From positions 32,001 through 96,000 of the forward strand of contig JBBRAE010000001.1 in NCBI GenBank assembly GCA_038207085.1: DNA of 64,000 bases. The letters run 5' to 3'. Made by a program: the position numbers and the translations under genes. This DNA comes from Armatimonadota bacterium (lineage in GTDB: Bacteria; Armatimonadota; UBA5829; DTLH01). This document shows, in pieces, positions 41,593-52,119 of this stretch. Every line of letters begins with the position of its first letter. Position 1 is the stretch's first letter. The notes below the pieces were generated by a model, which did not search any database, was not told the DNA's origin, and saw only the letters and a program-made list of their open reading frames with translations.

Positions 41593-43266
41593 TTATCCGC
41601 CGTGCTGTTCTTCTCTGATCGCTTTCAGTCGCTTCATCGCGTCGTTTGCGCCTCGACCAAAGTAGTCGTGAAGAAGTTTATACTCGGCGAAGAGCTTCTT
41701 GTAGACCTCATGGTTATTTGCGATTGGCTTGTAGGTGATGTCTTTCACCCGGGCCATCTTCTTTGCCGCGTCGAAGATGCTGTCGTAGCCGCCTGATGTC
41801 GCTCCTGCCGCCACTGCACCGAACATCGCCGAACCAAGCGCCGGAGTCTGAGGTGATGCGGCGATCTTTATCTCACGGTTTGTGACGTCAGCATAGATCT
41901 GCATCAGCATCGGGTTGCGCTCAGGCAGGCCTCCGCAGGCGTAGAGCTCATCAATCGTCACCCCATTTGAGTGGAAGGCGTCGATGATGATGTTCGTGCC
42001 GTAAGCTGTCGCCTCGATCAACGCGCGATACATCTCCTCGGGCTTGGTCGCGAGTGTCATGCCGATGAATACCCCAGTCAGGTCCACATCGACAAGCACC
42101 GAACGGTTGCCGTTCCACCAATCAAGCGCCATCAGCCCGCTTTCGCCGACTTTGAGCTTCTCTGCCTTCTCAGTGAGAAGCTGGTGAACCGAAATGCCTC
42201 GCTGCTTAGCTTCACCAGCGTAGGCAGCCGGAACACAATTCTCGACAAACCAGGCGAAGTGATCGCCAACGCAGGACTGACCAGCCTCATACCCGAAGTA
42301 GCCGGGGATGATCCCGTCCTCGGTGTAGCCGCACATTCCCTCAACGATCTTTGGTTCAGTGCCAAGCACCATATGGCAGGTCGATGTCCCCATGATCATC
42401 AGCATCTTGCCCGGCTCAGTGACGGTTGCTGCAGGGACTGCCACGTGGGCGTCGACATTCGCGACCGCGACTGCTGTGCCAGGGCGCAGACCGATCCGAG
42501 CGGCCATTTCAGTGGTCAGCTCTCCTGCTTTGTCGCCGATTGGGTAGATATCGTGGGACATCTTCTCGTCGACCACGTTCTCGAAACCGGGATTAAGCGC
42601 CTTGAAGAACGCCTTTGACGGGTAGCCGTCGGCCTTGGACCAGATGGCCTTATAGCCAGCGGTGCAGGAGTTGCGCCGCTCATTGCCGGTCATCTGCAGA
42701 ACGACCCAGTCCGCGGCCTCGATGAACCTGTCCGCCGCCGCGTATACCTCGGGGGCTTCGTCCAATATCTGCAGAGCCTTGGCGAAGAACCACTCCGAGC
42801 TTATCTTGCCGCCGTAACGTGCAAGCCAGGGTTCGCCCATCTCGCGAGCGACTTCGTTGATGCGGTTTGCCTCAGGCTGCGCCGCGTGGTGCTTCCAGAG
42901 CTTGACCCACGCGTGCGGGTTTGATCGCCACTTGGAGTCGAAGCAAAGCGCCTGACCTGCTGCGTCGATAGGAAGCATCGTGCAAGCTGTGAAGTCGATG
43001 CCAAGCCCGATCACATCGTCTGCCGTGACACCCGACTCCTTGAGCACGGCTGGAATAGTCTTCTCAAGCACGCGGATGTAGTCGGCTGGGTCCTGAAGCG
43101 CCCAGTCGGGCGGAAGTTTCTCGTTTGTCTCGGGCAACCGGTCGTCTATAACCGCGTGAGAATATTCATAGACCGACGTTGCGAGCTCTTGTCCATTGGT
43201 CACATCAACAAGGACTGCGCGTCCTGACAGTGTACCAAAATCAATGCCAAGAGAATACTTGGGCAT
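41593..43266 (-). CDS. araB: ribulokinase
   Basis: [36 protein letters not shown] (Bacillus-type AraB). Confidence 0.95.
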   Translation of the reverse strand: MPKYSLGIDFGTLSGRAVLVDVTNGQELATSVYEYSHAVIDDRLPETNEKLPPDWALQDPADYIRVLEKTIPAVLKESGVTADDVIGLGIDFTACTMLPIDAAGQALCFDSKWRSNPHAWVKLWKHHAAQPEANRINEVAREMGEPWLARYGGKISSEWFFAKALQILDEAPEVYAAADRFIEAADWVVLQMTGNERRNSCTAGYKAIWSKADGYPSKAFFKALNPGFENVVDEKMSHDIYPIGDKAGELTTEMAARIGLRPGTAVAVANVDAHVAVPAATVTEPGKMLMIMGTSTCHMVLGTEPKIVEGMCGYTEDGIIPGYFGYEAGQSCVGDHFAWFVENCVPAAYAGEAKQRGISVHQLLTEKAEKLKVGESGLMALDWWNGNRSVLVDVDLTGVFIGMTLATKPEEMYRALIEATAYGTNIIIDAFHSNGVTIDELYACGGLPERNPMLMQIYADVTNREIKIAASPQTPALGSAMFGAVAAGATSGGYDSIFDAAKKMARVKDITYKPIANNHEVYKKLFAEYKLLHDYFGRGANDAMKRLKAIREEQHGG

Positions 43267-43439
43267 GTGTTCCTCCTTGAGCTGAATAATAGCTGTGGGC
43301 TTACTCCCAACCGATGTTGTAACACGCGCGAAGGGTCAATGTCAATCAGGCTTGGTATATTGAATCGTGTGGTGAATGGCCTGAGTTCCGAGAGTTGCAT
43401 GAGTCGTTTCGGGGTCTTTGTCGTGCTTGTACATAAAAA

Positions 43440-43515
43440 TGGCTGCCGACCAGGGGCTTGAACCCCGAACCTCCTGATCCAGAGTCAGGCGCTCTGCCAA
43501 TTGAGCTAGTCGGCA
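43440..43515 (-). tRNA. tRNA-Gln(CTG)
   Basis: TGCCGAC/GTCGGCA acceptor stem, anticodon arm CCTGA-CTCTGGA-TCAGG, GGTTCAA T-loop, encoded CCA; 76 nt. Confidence 0.97.
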
Positions 43516-43526
43516 ACAACTCGAAT

Positions 43527-43555
43527 ACTTTACCATCGACAGCCTGAATTGTCAA
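43527..43555 (-). promoter_or_regulatory. sigma70 promoter of tRNA-Gln
   Basis: TTGACA-17-TAAAGT with TG extension. Confidence 0.75.
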
Positions 43556-43630
43556 TACTGTTGCAGGTAAACATTGAGATAATTTGGTCTGTGGCCCGGA
43601 ATTATCGACTGCCGAGCCACAATATGAGTT

Positions 43631-45352
43631 CTACTTCTTCGCCGGACTCCCAGTCATAGCTTTTTCGATCTTCGACCAAGAGTCTCTGAGTGTCACTGTT
43701 CGGTTGAAAACGAGCATATCAGTCGTTGAGGCCGTATCAATACAGAAATAGCCCTGTCGCTCGAACTGGTAACGCCTGCCGGGCGCTGCGCCGACCACGC
43801 TTGGTTCCACGTAGCACGTCGTCACGACAAGCGATTCCGGGTTCAGGTTCGCAAAGTACTCCTGACCTTCCTCGACATCATCGGGGTTCGGCTTGGTGAA
43901 TAGATGGTTGTACAGCCTCGCCTCAGCAGGAACAGACTGCTCAGCCGCCACCCAGTGCAGTGTCGCCTTCACCTTGCGCCCATCAGGAGCATCGCCGCCC
44001 CTGGTTTCGGGGTCGTAGGTGCAGTGCAGTTCGACGATCTCGCCCGCATCGTCTTTCACCACGTCCTGGCACTTGATAAAGTAAGCGTTTCGGAGGCGAA
44101 CCTCTCTACCCGGAGCGAGCCGGAAGAACTTTGGCGGCGGGTCCTCACGGAAGTCGTCACGCTCGATATAGAGCACCTTTGCAAAGGGAACCTTGCGCGT
44201 GCCGGCGTCAGGGTTCTCGGGATTATTGATGACGTCGAGCTCTTCCACCTGCCCTTCGGGGTAATTTGTCAAAACCACCTTGATCGGGTTCATTACGGCC
44301 ATGATCCGCTGAGCGCGCTTGTTCAGGTCATCCCGAACGCAGTCTTCAAGCACTGCGACCTCGACCATGCTGTCGGTCTTGGCGACACCGATCCTCCTGC
44401 AAAACTCGAAAATGGCTTCAGGCGTGTAACCTTTTCTTCTCAGCCCGGCGAGGGTGGGGAGGCGCGGGTCGTCGTAGCCGTCCACATATCCGCCGTCTAC
44501 AAGCTCGACGAACCGACGCTTGCTCATGACCGTGTATGAGAGGTTAAGCCTCGCAAACTCGATCTGCCGGGGGTGATATATCCCAAGCTGATCGAGGAAC
44601 CAATCATATAGCGGCCTATGGTTTTCATATTCGAGCGAGCAAAGCGAATGGGTGATACCTTCGATCGAGTCCTCAAGGCCGTGCGCCCAGTCATACGATG
44701 GGTAGATACACCACTTGCTGCCCTGTCGGTGATGATCGGTATGCCGGATTCTATACATCACAGGGTCACGCATATTGAGGTTCCCCGAAGACATATCGAT
44801 CTTGGCCCGCAGTGTCCTTGCGCCGTCCGGGAACTCACCTGCGCGCATCCGAGCGAACAGGTCCAGGTTCTCCTCGACACTTCTATTTCTATATGGGCTG
44901 TCCACACCGGGCTCTGTGAGCGTGCCGCGCGACTTGCTCATCTCCTCGGCAGTCTGATCGCAGACATAGGCAGCGCCCTTCTTGATAAGGTCAGTCGCCC
45001 ACTCGTACATCCGCTCGAAGTAGTCGCTTCCGAAGAACAGGCGGTCGTCCCAGTCTGCTCCGAGCCACTTAACGTCTTCGATGATCCCGTCCACGAACTC
45101 CTGATCTTCTTTAAGCGGATTGGTGTCGTCAAATCTCAGGTTGAAGAGTCCGCCGTAGTCTCGCGCTATGCCGTAATCGATCCAGACCGCCTTGGCGTGG
45201 CCAATGTGCAGGTATGCGTTAGGCTCCGGTGGGAACCGGGTATGCACACGCTCGAACCTGCCTTGCTGCAGGTCCTCCTGGATAGCCTCGCGAATGAAGT
45301 CTATAGACGCTTCGGTGTTTGGTTGACCAATTTCATTCTCTGGCTCATTCAT
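43631..45352 (-). CDS. glnS: glutamine--tRNA ligase
   Basis: [33 protein letters not shown]; no Yqey extension. Confidence 0.97.
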   Translation of the reverse strand: MNEPENEIGQPNTEASIDFIREAIQEDLQQGRFERVHTRFPPEPNAYLHIGHAKAVWIDYGIARDYGGLFNLRFDDTNPLKEDQEFVDGIIEDVKWLGADWDDRLFFGSDYFERMYEWATDLIKKGAAYVCDQTAEEMSKSRGTLTEPGVDSPYRNRSVEENLDLFARMRAGEFPDGARTLRAKIDMSSGNLNMRDPVMYRIRHTDHHRQGSKWCIYPSYDWAHGLEDSIEGITHSLCSLEYENHRPLYDWFLDQLGIYHPRQIEFARLNLSYTVMSKRRFVELVDGGYVDGYDDPRLPTLAGLRRKGYTPEAIFEFCRRIGVAKTDSMVEVAVLEDCVRDDLNKRAQRIMAVMNPIKVVLTNYPEGQVEELDVINNPENPDAGTRKVPFAKVLYIERDDFREDPPPKFFRLAPGREVRLRNAYFIKCQDVVKDDAGEIVELHCTYDPETRGGDAPDGRKVKATLHWVAAEQSVPAEARLYNHLFTKPNPDDVEEGQEYFANLNPESLVVTTCYVEPSVVGAAPGRRYQFERQGYFCIDTASTTDMLVFNRTVTLRDSWSKIEKAMTGSPAKK

Positions 45353-45466
45353 TCTCAGCAAATCTCTTCTTTCTGTCCGTCACAGACCGGTGGCGCATAG
45401 CGCCAGCCTTTAAGAGACGGCGCAGATAGCGCCGTCGACCGGAATCATTGTTACAATTTAGTGCTC

Positions 45467-45495
45467 ATTATGCCACAACGCCAAACCAAGGTCAA
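45467..45495 (-). promoter_or_regulatory. sigma70 promoter of glnS
   Basis: TTGACC-17-CATAAT with TG extension. Confidence 0.7.
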
Positions 45496-45706
45496 GGTGA
45501 ACTGCACCTCTTTGGCGAGACCCTAGGGGCTCCAACTAGTCCCACTGTCCATGTCTTTATTGATATTCTGTGCATGCGTATACATTGGGCTGAGGATTGT
45601 GGTGCTTTCGACCCATAATAAATACTGTAGGGTCATAACCAACTCACCCGTTTTCTCTTAGGACCCTTCTCATTGCGGGTGTGAAGCTATGGAGTAGTGC
45701 AGCAAT

Positions 45707-47143
45707 ATGGTTAGTCAATCCGATGAAAAGCCGGGTATGAGTTTTCGAATAGCGTCCTACTTTGTAGGCGCATTCTTTGCGATGGTCAGCTATGCCGTGG
45801 GTGTTTGGGCGTTTGCCGTGGAAACGGCGGTTCTCGCACAGCAGCCTGTGCCCAGCCTTTGGTCACAGATCAAGGAAGTATGGCCGTCTCATCCGTTCTC
45901 GTTTATCGCGTGGGTTATCTCTATCGCCGGACTCTCTGTGGTGATCGGTTACCTGTTCGACAAAGAGGTATTCTACCGAAAACGCGCCGAACAGAAGGCG
46001 AACGTCGATGGACTAACGGGCCTCTACAACCACCGCTATTTTCAGGATCGTCTTAGCACCGAGATCGAACGCGCCGTGCGCTACGATCGCAACCTTTCCC
46101 TGGTGATATTCGACCTCGACGACTTTAAGTCGTTCAACGACATTTATGGCCATCAGGAGGGAGACCGCCTGCTCTGTTGGCTTGCGGAAGTCTGCAAGGC
46201 TGGTGTTCGAGGTATCGACGTCCTCGCGCGCTACGGTGGTGAAGAATTTGTAATCATACTTCCTGAGACCGGCGCTGTCGAGGCCGCTGATGTCGCAAAC
46301 CGGATCCGGCAGGCAGTTGAGCGCGAATCCCCTACGGTCTTTCCGAACGCAAACGTTGCCACATTCAGCGCAGGGGTTGCATCGTATCCCAACCACGCAC
46401 TTACTCGACACAATCTGGTTCTCGGTGCCGACACGGCCCTTTGTTACGCCAAGCACAACGGCAAGAACCGAGTGGAGATATACGCTGAAGAGTTCAAACG
46501 GCTCTACCGGGCGACTCCCGAAAAGCTGAAGGCGCTTCTTGCGGGCGATCAGCAGATGGGCGCAATCGAGGCCCTTTCAGCTGCTGTCGACGCGAAAGAC
46601 CACTACACGCGCGGGCACTCGGAGTCAGTCACAAAATATTGTGTCATGGTTGGACACAAACTCGGTATGTCCGGTACCGACATTGAGAGTCTGAAAGCCG
46701 CTGCGCTTTTGCACGACATAGGCAAGATCGGCACGCCGGACTCGATTCTTCGCAAGCCCGGCCCGCTTCAGCTCGACGAGTGGCAGGTGATCGAAAACCA
46801 TCCCAAGATCGGCTCCGAGATCCTTCAGAAGGTCCAGGAGTTGAGCTCGATTGTCCCAGCCGTCCGCCATCACCACGAGCGTTTCGACGGCCTCGGCTAC
46901 CCCTCAGGCCTTGCCGGGAAGAGCATCCCGTTAGTCGCAAGAATTATCGCACTAGCCGACTCCTACGATGCGATGGTCTCAGACCGCACCTACCGCACCG
47001 CTCTATCTCGTGAAGACGCGCTCGATGAGATCAAACGCTGCGCCGGAACCCAGTTTGACCCAGAGCTTGTAGAAATGTTCGTCGACCTCGTGATGAGCGA
47101 CAATCCGGCTGACGCCGAACAGAACCAGAGGCAAGCCGCATAA
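45707..47143 (+). CDS. membrane diguanylate cyclase / HD-GYP phosphodiesterase
   Basis: 2 TM; RGIDVLARYGGEEF; HDIGK, HHERFDGLGYP. Confidence 0.93.
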   Translation: MVSQSDEKPGMSFRIASYFVGAFFAMVSYAVGVWAFAVETAVLAQQPVPSLWSQIKEVWPSHPFSFIAWVISIAGLSVVIGYLFDKEVFYRKRAEQKANVDGLTGLYNHRYFQDRLSTEIERAVRYDRNLSLVIFDLDDFKSFNDIYGHQEGDRLLCWLAEVCKAGVRGIDVLARYGGEEFVIILPETGAVEAADVANRIRQAVERESPTVFPNANVATFSAGVASYPNHALTRHNLVLGADTALCYAKHNGKNRVEIYAEEFKRLYRATPEKLKALLAGDQQMGAIEALSAAVDAKDHYTRGHSESVTKYCVMVGHKLGMSGTDIESLKAAALLHDIGKIGTPDSILRKPGPLQLDEWQVIENHPKIGSEILQKVQELSSIVPAVRHHHERFDGLGYPSGLAGKSIPLVARIIALADSYDAMVSDRTYRTALSREDALDEIKRCAGTQFDPELVEMFVDLVMSDNPADAEQNQRQAA

Positions 47144-47158
47144 AATCGCAATATTGTT

Positions 47159-47184
47159 GTATCGGGGACCCCCGTCCCCGATAC
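47159..47184 (+). terminator. GC-rich hairpin after GGDEF/HD-GYP gene
   Basis: GTATCGGGGAC-CCCC-GTCCCCGATAC; no T-tract. Confidence 0.55.
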
Positions 47185-47320
47185 CTGCCTCCCTAAATAT
47201 CCTCACTTCCACCACGCAGCAAACCGAAGTAATTATAGTAGACACTTGACTACTATCGCATTCTGTAGTAACATATACACGTTCGGAAACGGAGAGTCCG
47301 AGTGTGAGAGGGTTAGCAGG

Positions 47321-48073
47321 ATGCAGATTTGCATTACACAACGAGACGGAATTAGATATTTCAGCAGGTTCAAGAACATCCCAGAGCGCGACAAGCTTGA
47401 GATTGAGCTTACAGTCCTGGGCGACCGTGTGCGTGTCTACAAATTCGACCTGACCGAGACTCTCTTTGAACGCTTCAATGAGCACCCGGAGATTCTGCAC
47501 AGAAAACGCGTTGTTGAGCGTGATCCGTTGCTCGCCAAGCGTCCGTCCCGCGCCAGGAAACCCGCGCCCAAGCCTCCGGTCACTATCGAAGAACCCGTTG
47601 CAATGCCCGTGACTGAGCCGGTCGCCATGGCAGAACCCCCGAAGAAGCGGGCTACGCGGAAGCCGAAGGTCGTTGAGCTGGTCGAAGCTGCTCCCACCAT
47701 TGTGAGAGTTCCCGCCGCCAAGCCGCGCACCAAAGCCAAATCTGAGCCCATCGTCGCCCCTGCGCCAGTGAAGGCAGTGAGGACTACAAAGAAGGCGGCA
47801 GTGCCTGTAGTCGAAACAGCTCAGTCGCCCAAACCAAAGGCAAGACGATCGGTCGATAAATCAGCGCCAACCGCTCCCGCGTCTAAGCAGACGAATTCCA
47901 ACTCCGGCAAAAAGCCCGTGGTGGTCGATGCAACAGCGGCGCGGACTGTCAGGAAGCCTCGGGTGAAGAAGCATGAGTCTGTGGCTGTAGCAGAAAAGCC
48001 TGTTGGTGCGACACCGGAGGCCAAACGACCACCAACAACGCGTGCCAAGACACGAGTGCCTGCCAAGTCGTAG
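47321..48073 (+). CDS. hypothetical protein with K/R/A/P/T-rich histone-H1-like tail
   Basis: ATG 47321; upstream TTGACT-17-TAACAT; small ordered N-terminus plus basic low-complexity tail. Confidence 0.75.
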   Translation: MQICITQRDGIRYFSRFKNIPERDKLEIELTVLGDRVRVYKFDLTETLFERFNEHPEILHRKRVVERDPLLAKRPSRARKPAPKPPVTIEEPVAMPVTEPVAMAEPPKKRATRKPKVVELVEAAPTIVRVPAAKPRTKAKSEPIVAPAPVKAVRTTKKAAVPVVETAQSPKPKARRSVDKSAPTAPASKQTNSNSGKKPVVVDATAARTVRKPRVKKHESVAVAEKPVGATPEAKRPPTTRAKTRVPAKS

Positions 48074-48156
48074 GGCGAACATGGCAGTCTGCCCTCAGCA
48101 ACACCCCACCTTAAGCCACTGACACACGTCATTCGTTAAACTTTCCTCAATACAAT

Positions 48157-48184
48157 GGAGGAACTTCCACCCTCCATGTCGAAG
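48157..48184 (+). promoter_or_regulatory. sigmaH-like promoter of ppdK
   Basis: GGAGGA-N18-GAAG. Confidence 0.45.
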
Positions 48185-48229
48185 TATCCTATTTGGTACG
48201 TTGTTAAGAAACGCAGGAGGACTAGCTGA

Positions 48230-50908
48230 ATGACCAACAAGAAACGCGTATACCTGTTTAGAGAAGGTAACGCGACGATGAAGGATCTCCTTGGTGGCAA
48301 GGGAGCAAACCTTGCAGAGATGACCAACATCGGACTTCCGGTTCCCTCCGGATTTACGATCACCACAGAGACTTGTAACGAGTATAGTGAGACGGGACAG
48401 CTCCCGGAAGGACTTTGGGAAGAGGTGCTCGGGGCACTTGCGGATGTTGAGAAGGACATGGGCAAGAAGCTCGGCGACGCTGCCAACCCACTCCTCGTCT
48501 CCGTCCGCTCTGGAGCGAAGTTTTCAATGCCGGGCATGATGGACACCGTCTTGAACCTCGGCCTGAATGACGACACTATGAAGGGTATCATCGCGGCAAC
48601 CGGCAACGAGCGATTCGCTTACGACGCCTACCGCCGCTTCCTGATGATGTTCTCGGACATCGTCCTTTCCGATGAGTATCCCAAGCTTAAGAAGCATCAC
48701 TTCGAAGTCATCTTCGACGCCCTGAAAGAGAAGCTCGGCGCCAAAGTCGACACAGAAGTTAACGCCGAAGGACTGAAAGACCTCGTCGCTCAGTACAAGG
48801 TCTACTTCAAGGAAGCTGCCGGCAGGGACTTCCCGACTGACCCGATGGAGCAGCTCAAGCTTGCGATCATCGCGGTCTTCAAGAGCTGGAACAACGACCG
48901 CGCGGTCATCTACCGCAACCGCGAGAAGATCGCCCACGACCTCGGAACCGCCGTCAACATTCAGACGATGGTATTCGGCAACATGGGTGACGACTGCGGC
49001 ACCGGCGTCGCATTCACCCGCAACGCCGCGACCGGTGATGCCAAGCTCTTCGGCGAGTTCCTGAAGAACGCGCAGGGCGAGGACGTCGTTGCTGGCGTGC
49101 GCACCCCTGAGCCGATCGAGCAGCTCGAGAACGAGTTCCCAGAGATCTACAATCAGTTCGCAACTATTGCTCAGAAGCTTGAAGATCACTACCGTGAGAT
49201 GCAGGACATCGAGTTCACCATCGAGAAGGGTCGACTCTTCATCCTGCAGTGCCGCTCTGGAAAGCGCACCGGCGTTGCTGCGGTCAAGATCGCAGTCGAC
49301 ATGGTAGCCGAGGGGCGCATCACCAAGGAAGAGGCGCTCACCCGCGTCGCTCCTGAGGCGCTTGAGCAGCTTCTTCACCCGCGAATCAAGTCCAGCGGCA
49401 GCATCAAGCCGATCGCTAAGGGCCTGAACGCTGGTCCTGGTGGCGCAAGCGGCAGGGTCGCACTTGACTCCAAGGTTGCGATCAAGATGGCTGAGCTCGG
49501 CGACGAAGTAATCCTCGTTCGCAAAGAGACCAACCCCGACGACCTCGGTGGAATGCTCGCATCCAAGGGCGTTCTCACCGCACTCGGCGGCCGCACGAGC
49601 CACGCTGCTCTGATCGCCCGCCAGTATGGTATCCCGACCGTCTGCGGCTGCGGTTCGCTTAAGATCGACGAAGACAAGAAAGTCTTCCACGTCGACGGCG
49701 TGACTGTTAAAGAAGGCGACGTCATCACCATCGACGGCACCCTCGGCCTCGTATACAACGTGAGGCTTGAGACTGAGCCTGCGACCATGACCGGCGACTT
49801 CGGCACGTTCATGGCTTGGACCGACGAGTTCCGCACGATGGGCGTCCGCGCTAACGCTGACTCCCCTGAGCATGCTGCTGACGCTCTTGCTCTTGGCGCT
49901 GAAGGTATCGGCCTTTGCCGCACGGAGCATATGTTCCTTGGCAGCGAGCGGGTTCCGTTCGTTCGCAACATGATCCTTGCTGAGGACGAGCCCACCCGCG
50001 AAGAGGCTCTTGCAAAGCTGCTCCCGATGCAGCGCGAGGACTTTGTAGGCATCTTCAAGGCTATGCAGGGCAAGCCGGTCACCGTAAGGCTGATCGACCC
50101 GCCGCTTCATGAGTTCCTGCCGAGCATGAGTGAGCTCCTTGTTGAGGTCACTGAGCTTCGTTGCAAGAACCCGCAGAGCCCTGAGCTTGCACAGAAGGAA
50201 TCCCTTCTTGCCAAGGTCGCTGATATGCACGAGCAGAACCCGATGCTTGGACTCCGCGGTTGCCGCCTGTCCATCTACTTCCCTGGCATCGTGAGGATGC
50301 AGGTTGCTGCGATCATCGGCGCTGCGTGTGAGGTCAAGAAGACTGGGATGGACGTTCGTCCCGAGATCATGATCCCACTCATCGGCACCGTCAACGAGTT
50401 GACCTACCTGAAGAAGCAGCTCATCCCCCTCGCTGAGAAGACGATGGAGGAAGAGGGCATCAAGGTCGACTACATGATCGGCACAATGATCGAGATCCCG
50501 AGAGCGGCTCTTACCGCCGACGAGATCGCGAAAGAAGCTCAGTTCTTCAGCTTCGGCACCAACGACCTGACCCAGATGGGCTATGGAATCAGCCGCGACG
50601 ACGCCGGCAAGTTCCTGCCGCTCTACATCGACAAGCAGATCTTCAAGACCGACCCGACCGACACAATCGATCAGAAGGGTATCGGCCGCTTGATGAGCAT
50701 CTGCGTCGAGGATGCAAGGAAAGTAAACCCTGGCATCAAGCTGGGAATCTGCGGTGAGCACGGCGGAGAGCCGGATTCAGTCAAGTTCTGCCATAGGCTT
50801 GGACTTAGCTACGTATCCTGCTCGCCCAAGCGAATCCCCGTAGCCCGACTCGCCGCGGCCCAGGCCGTGATCGAGGAGCAGGGCAAGGGCGTTGCTCGCG
50901 ACAAGTAA
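48230..50908 (+). CDS. ppdK: pyruvate, phosphate dikinase
   Basis: LGGKGANL, SVRSG, GGRTSHAA, FSFGTNDLTQ, GICGEHGG. Confidence 0.99.
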   Translation: MTNKKRVYLFREGNATMKDLLGGKGANLAEMTNIGLPVPSGFTITTETCNEYSETGQLPEGLWEEVLGALADVEKDMGKKLGDAANPLLVSVRSGAKFSMPGMMDTVLNLGLNDDTMKGIIAATGNERFAYDAYRRFLMMFSDIVLSDEYPKLKKHHFEVIFDALKEKLGAKVDTEVNAEGLKDLVAQYKVYFKEAAGRDFPTDPMEQLKLAIIAVFKSWNNDRAVIYRNREKIAHDLGTAVNIQTMVFGNMGDDCGTGVAFTRNAATGDAKLFGEFLKNAQGEDVVAGVRTPEPIEQLENEFPEIYNQFATIAQKLEDHYREMQDIEFTIEKGRLFILQCRSGKRTGVAAVKIAVDMVAEGRITKEEALTRVAPEALEQLLHPRIKSSGSIKPIAKGLNAGPGGASGRVALDSKVAIKMAELGDEVILVRKETNPDDLGGMLASKGVLTALGGRTSHAALIARQYGIPTVCGCGSLKIDEDKKVFHVDGVTVKEGDVITIDGTLGLVYNVRLETEPATMTGDFGTFMAWTDEFRTMGVRANADSPEHAADALALGAEGIGLCRTEHMFLGSERVPFVRNMILAEDEPTREEALAKLLPMQREDFVGIFKAMQGKPVTVRLIDPPLHEFLPSMSELLVEVTELRCKNPQSPELAQKESLLAKVADMHEQNPMLGLRGCRLSIYFPGIVRMQVAAIIGAACEVKKTGMDVRPEIMIPLIGTVNELTYLKKQLIPLAEKTMEEEGIKVDYMIGTMIEIPRAALTADEIAKEAQFFSFGTNDLTQMGYGISRDDAGKFLPLYIDKQIFKTDPTDTIDQKGIGRLMSICVEDARKVNPGIKLGICGEHGGEPDSVKFCHRLGLSYVSCSPKRIPVARLAAAQAVIEEQGKGVARDK

Positions 50909-50948
50909 GAAAGCTATTAGCTTTTAGCTATTAGCGGTTAGATAAGAA

Positions 50949-50982
50949 CGGCCCCCGGTGGAGGTAACTCTGCCGGGGGCTG
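50949..50982 (+). terminator. hairpin after ppdK
   Basis: GCCCCCGG...CCGGGGGC stem. Confidence 0.65.
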
Positions 50983-51003
50983 ATATGACGAGGTGGGTGC
51001 CCC

Positions 51004-51318
51004 GTGAAAATGTCCATTGACGATATCGCCACTGCTGTAAGAGAGGTTGCGCGAGCGAATAACGCCCGGTTTGCATTGCTTTTCGGCTCCTACGCTCGCG
51101 GTACTGCGACCGACCGGTCCGATATCGACCTCATTTTTGTGGAAGACACAGACCTTCCTTTCCTCAGCAGGCTGGGAAGGTATTTTGACCCCCTTTCTGA
51201 TGCTCTCCCAAAGCCAGTTGAGACATTTGTTTACACTCCCGCTGAGTTTGATCGAATGAGGGACGAAGCTTTCGTAAAACGTGCTATGAACGAGGGGATA
51301 GTGCTATATGAGTCTTGA
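51004..51318 (+). CDS. minimal nucleotidyltransferase (MNT), putative antitoxin
   Basis: LFGSYARG..SDIDL motif, 104 aa. Confidence 0.9.
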   Translation: MKMSIDDIATAVREVARANNARFALLFGSYARGTATDRSDIDLIFVEDTDLPFLSRLGRYFDPLSDALPKPVETFVYTPAEFDRMRDEAFVKRAMNEGIVLYES

Positions 51319-51718
51319 AAAGTCCAAGCATCTGGCACAACGCTGGTTGTTGCAGGCAAAAGCCGACCTGAAAGCGGCGCGCGCCAGTCATTTCGCTGAG
51401 AGTTTTGAATGGGCATGTTTTCAGGCCCAGCAATCAGGTGAGAAGGCTCTAAAGGCGCTGTGGTATGCGACCGAGAACGATCCGTGGGGACACAGCCTGT
51501 TGCGTCTGATTCAGGATCACCCTGATGATTCACTGCGCGGCGATATGCAGGTAATTCTTCCTCAGGCCAGGCTTCTCGACAAGCTGTACATCCCGACGCG
51601 TTATCCTGATGGTCTGCCTGATCTCACTCCGTCAGAAGTGTTTGGGTCATACGATGGCGAAGAGGCAATACTGGCGGCAGAGAGAGTGATAGGCTTTGTC
51701 GAATCACGTCTCTCCTGA
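51308..51718 (+). CDS. HEPN domain protein, putative toxin
   Basis: ACFQAQQSGEKALKA, GHSL, YIPTRYPD; overlaps MNT by 11 nt. Confidence 0.9.
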   Translation: MSLEKSKHLAQRWLLQAKADLKAARASHFAESFEWACFQAQQSGEKALKALWYATENDPWGHSLLRLIQDHPDDSLRGDMQVILPQARLLDKLYIPTRYPDGLPDLTPSEVFGSYDGEEAILAAERVIGFVESRLS

Positions 51719-52119
51719 GAATCGCTGGTTGTTGATATGCTTCGTTTGGATGCTTCGGCTCGCCTTTTTGAGCCGTAGCCCCATGATCGTCGACAGTGGC
51801 CGTTATCATCGCAGAGTAGATTATCGTGCACTCAGACGTATCATCCTTAAGTTGAAATACAGTATAACACTGTGGCAAACCAATGAACGAACAAGACCTG
51901 TCAACAGTATTCGAATCAACCTCCGCTATGACCTTTGCCACTCCGAAGTCGATGCTCGACGGCGCGGGCTCTGTCAGCTGAAACTCATCTGTTTGACCAG
52001 ACACCCTTTGGGGCATACTGTTACTGATGACATAGGCACGTCCTGTGCTATACTGCACAAATCGCGACCGGTATCAACATAGAAGGCAAAGGCGGATGCC
52101 CCGCCGTACGGAGGCAACA

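Noticed and set aside
41437..43440. Genomic island integrated at tRNA-Gln
   Set aside because: No integrase and no duplicated tRNA 3' end were seen in the window.
48524..50761. 745-aa antisense ORF opposite ppdK
   Set aside because: It mirrors the strongly biased codon usage of ppdK, has no recognisable motifs and is wholly nested; the same applies to other antisense ORFs over ilv, fab, fts and glnS.
51624..52082. ORFs on both strands between HEPN and gpx
   Set aside because: No RBS or motif support and both overlap HEPN; the region may be decayed DNA but I cannot assign it.
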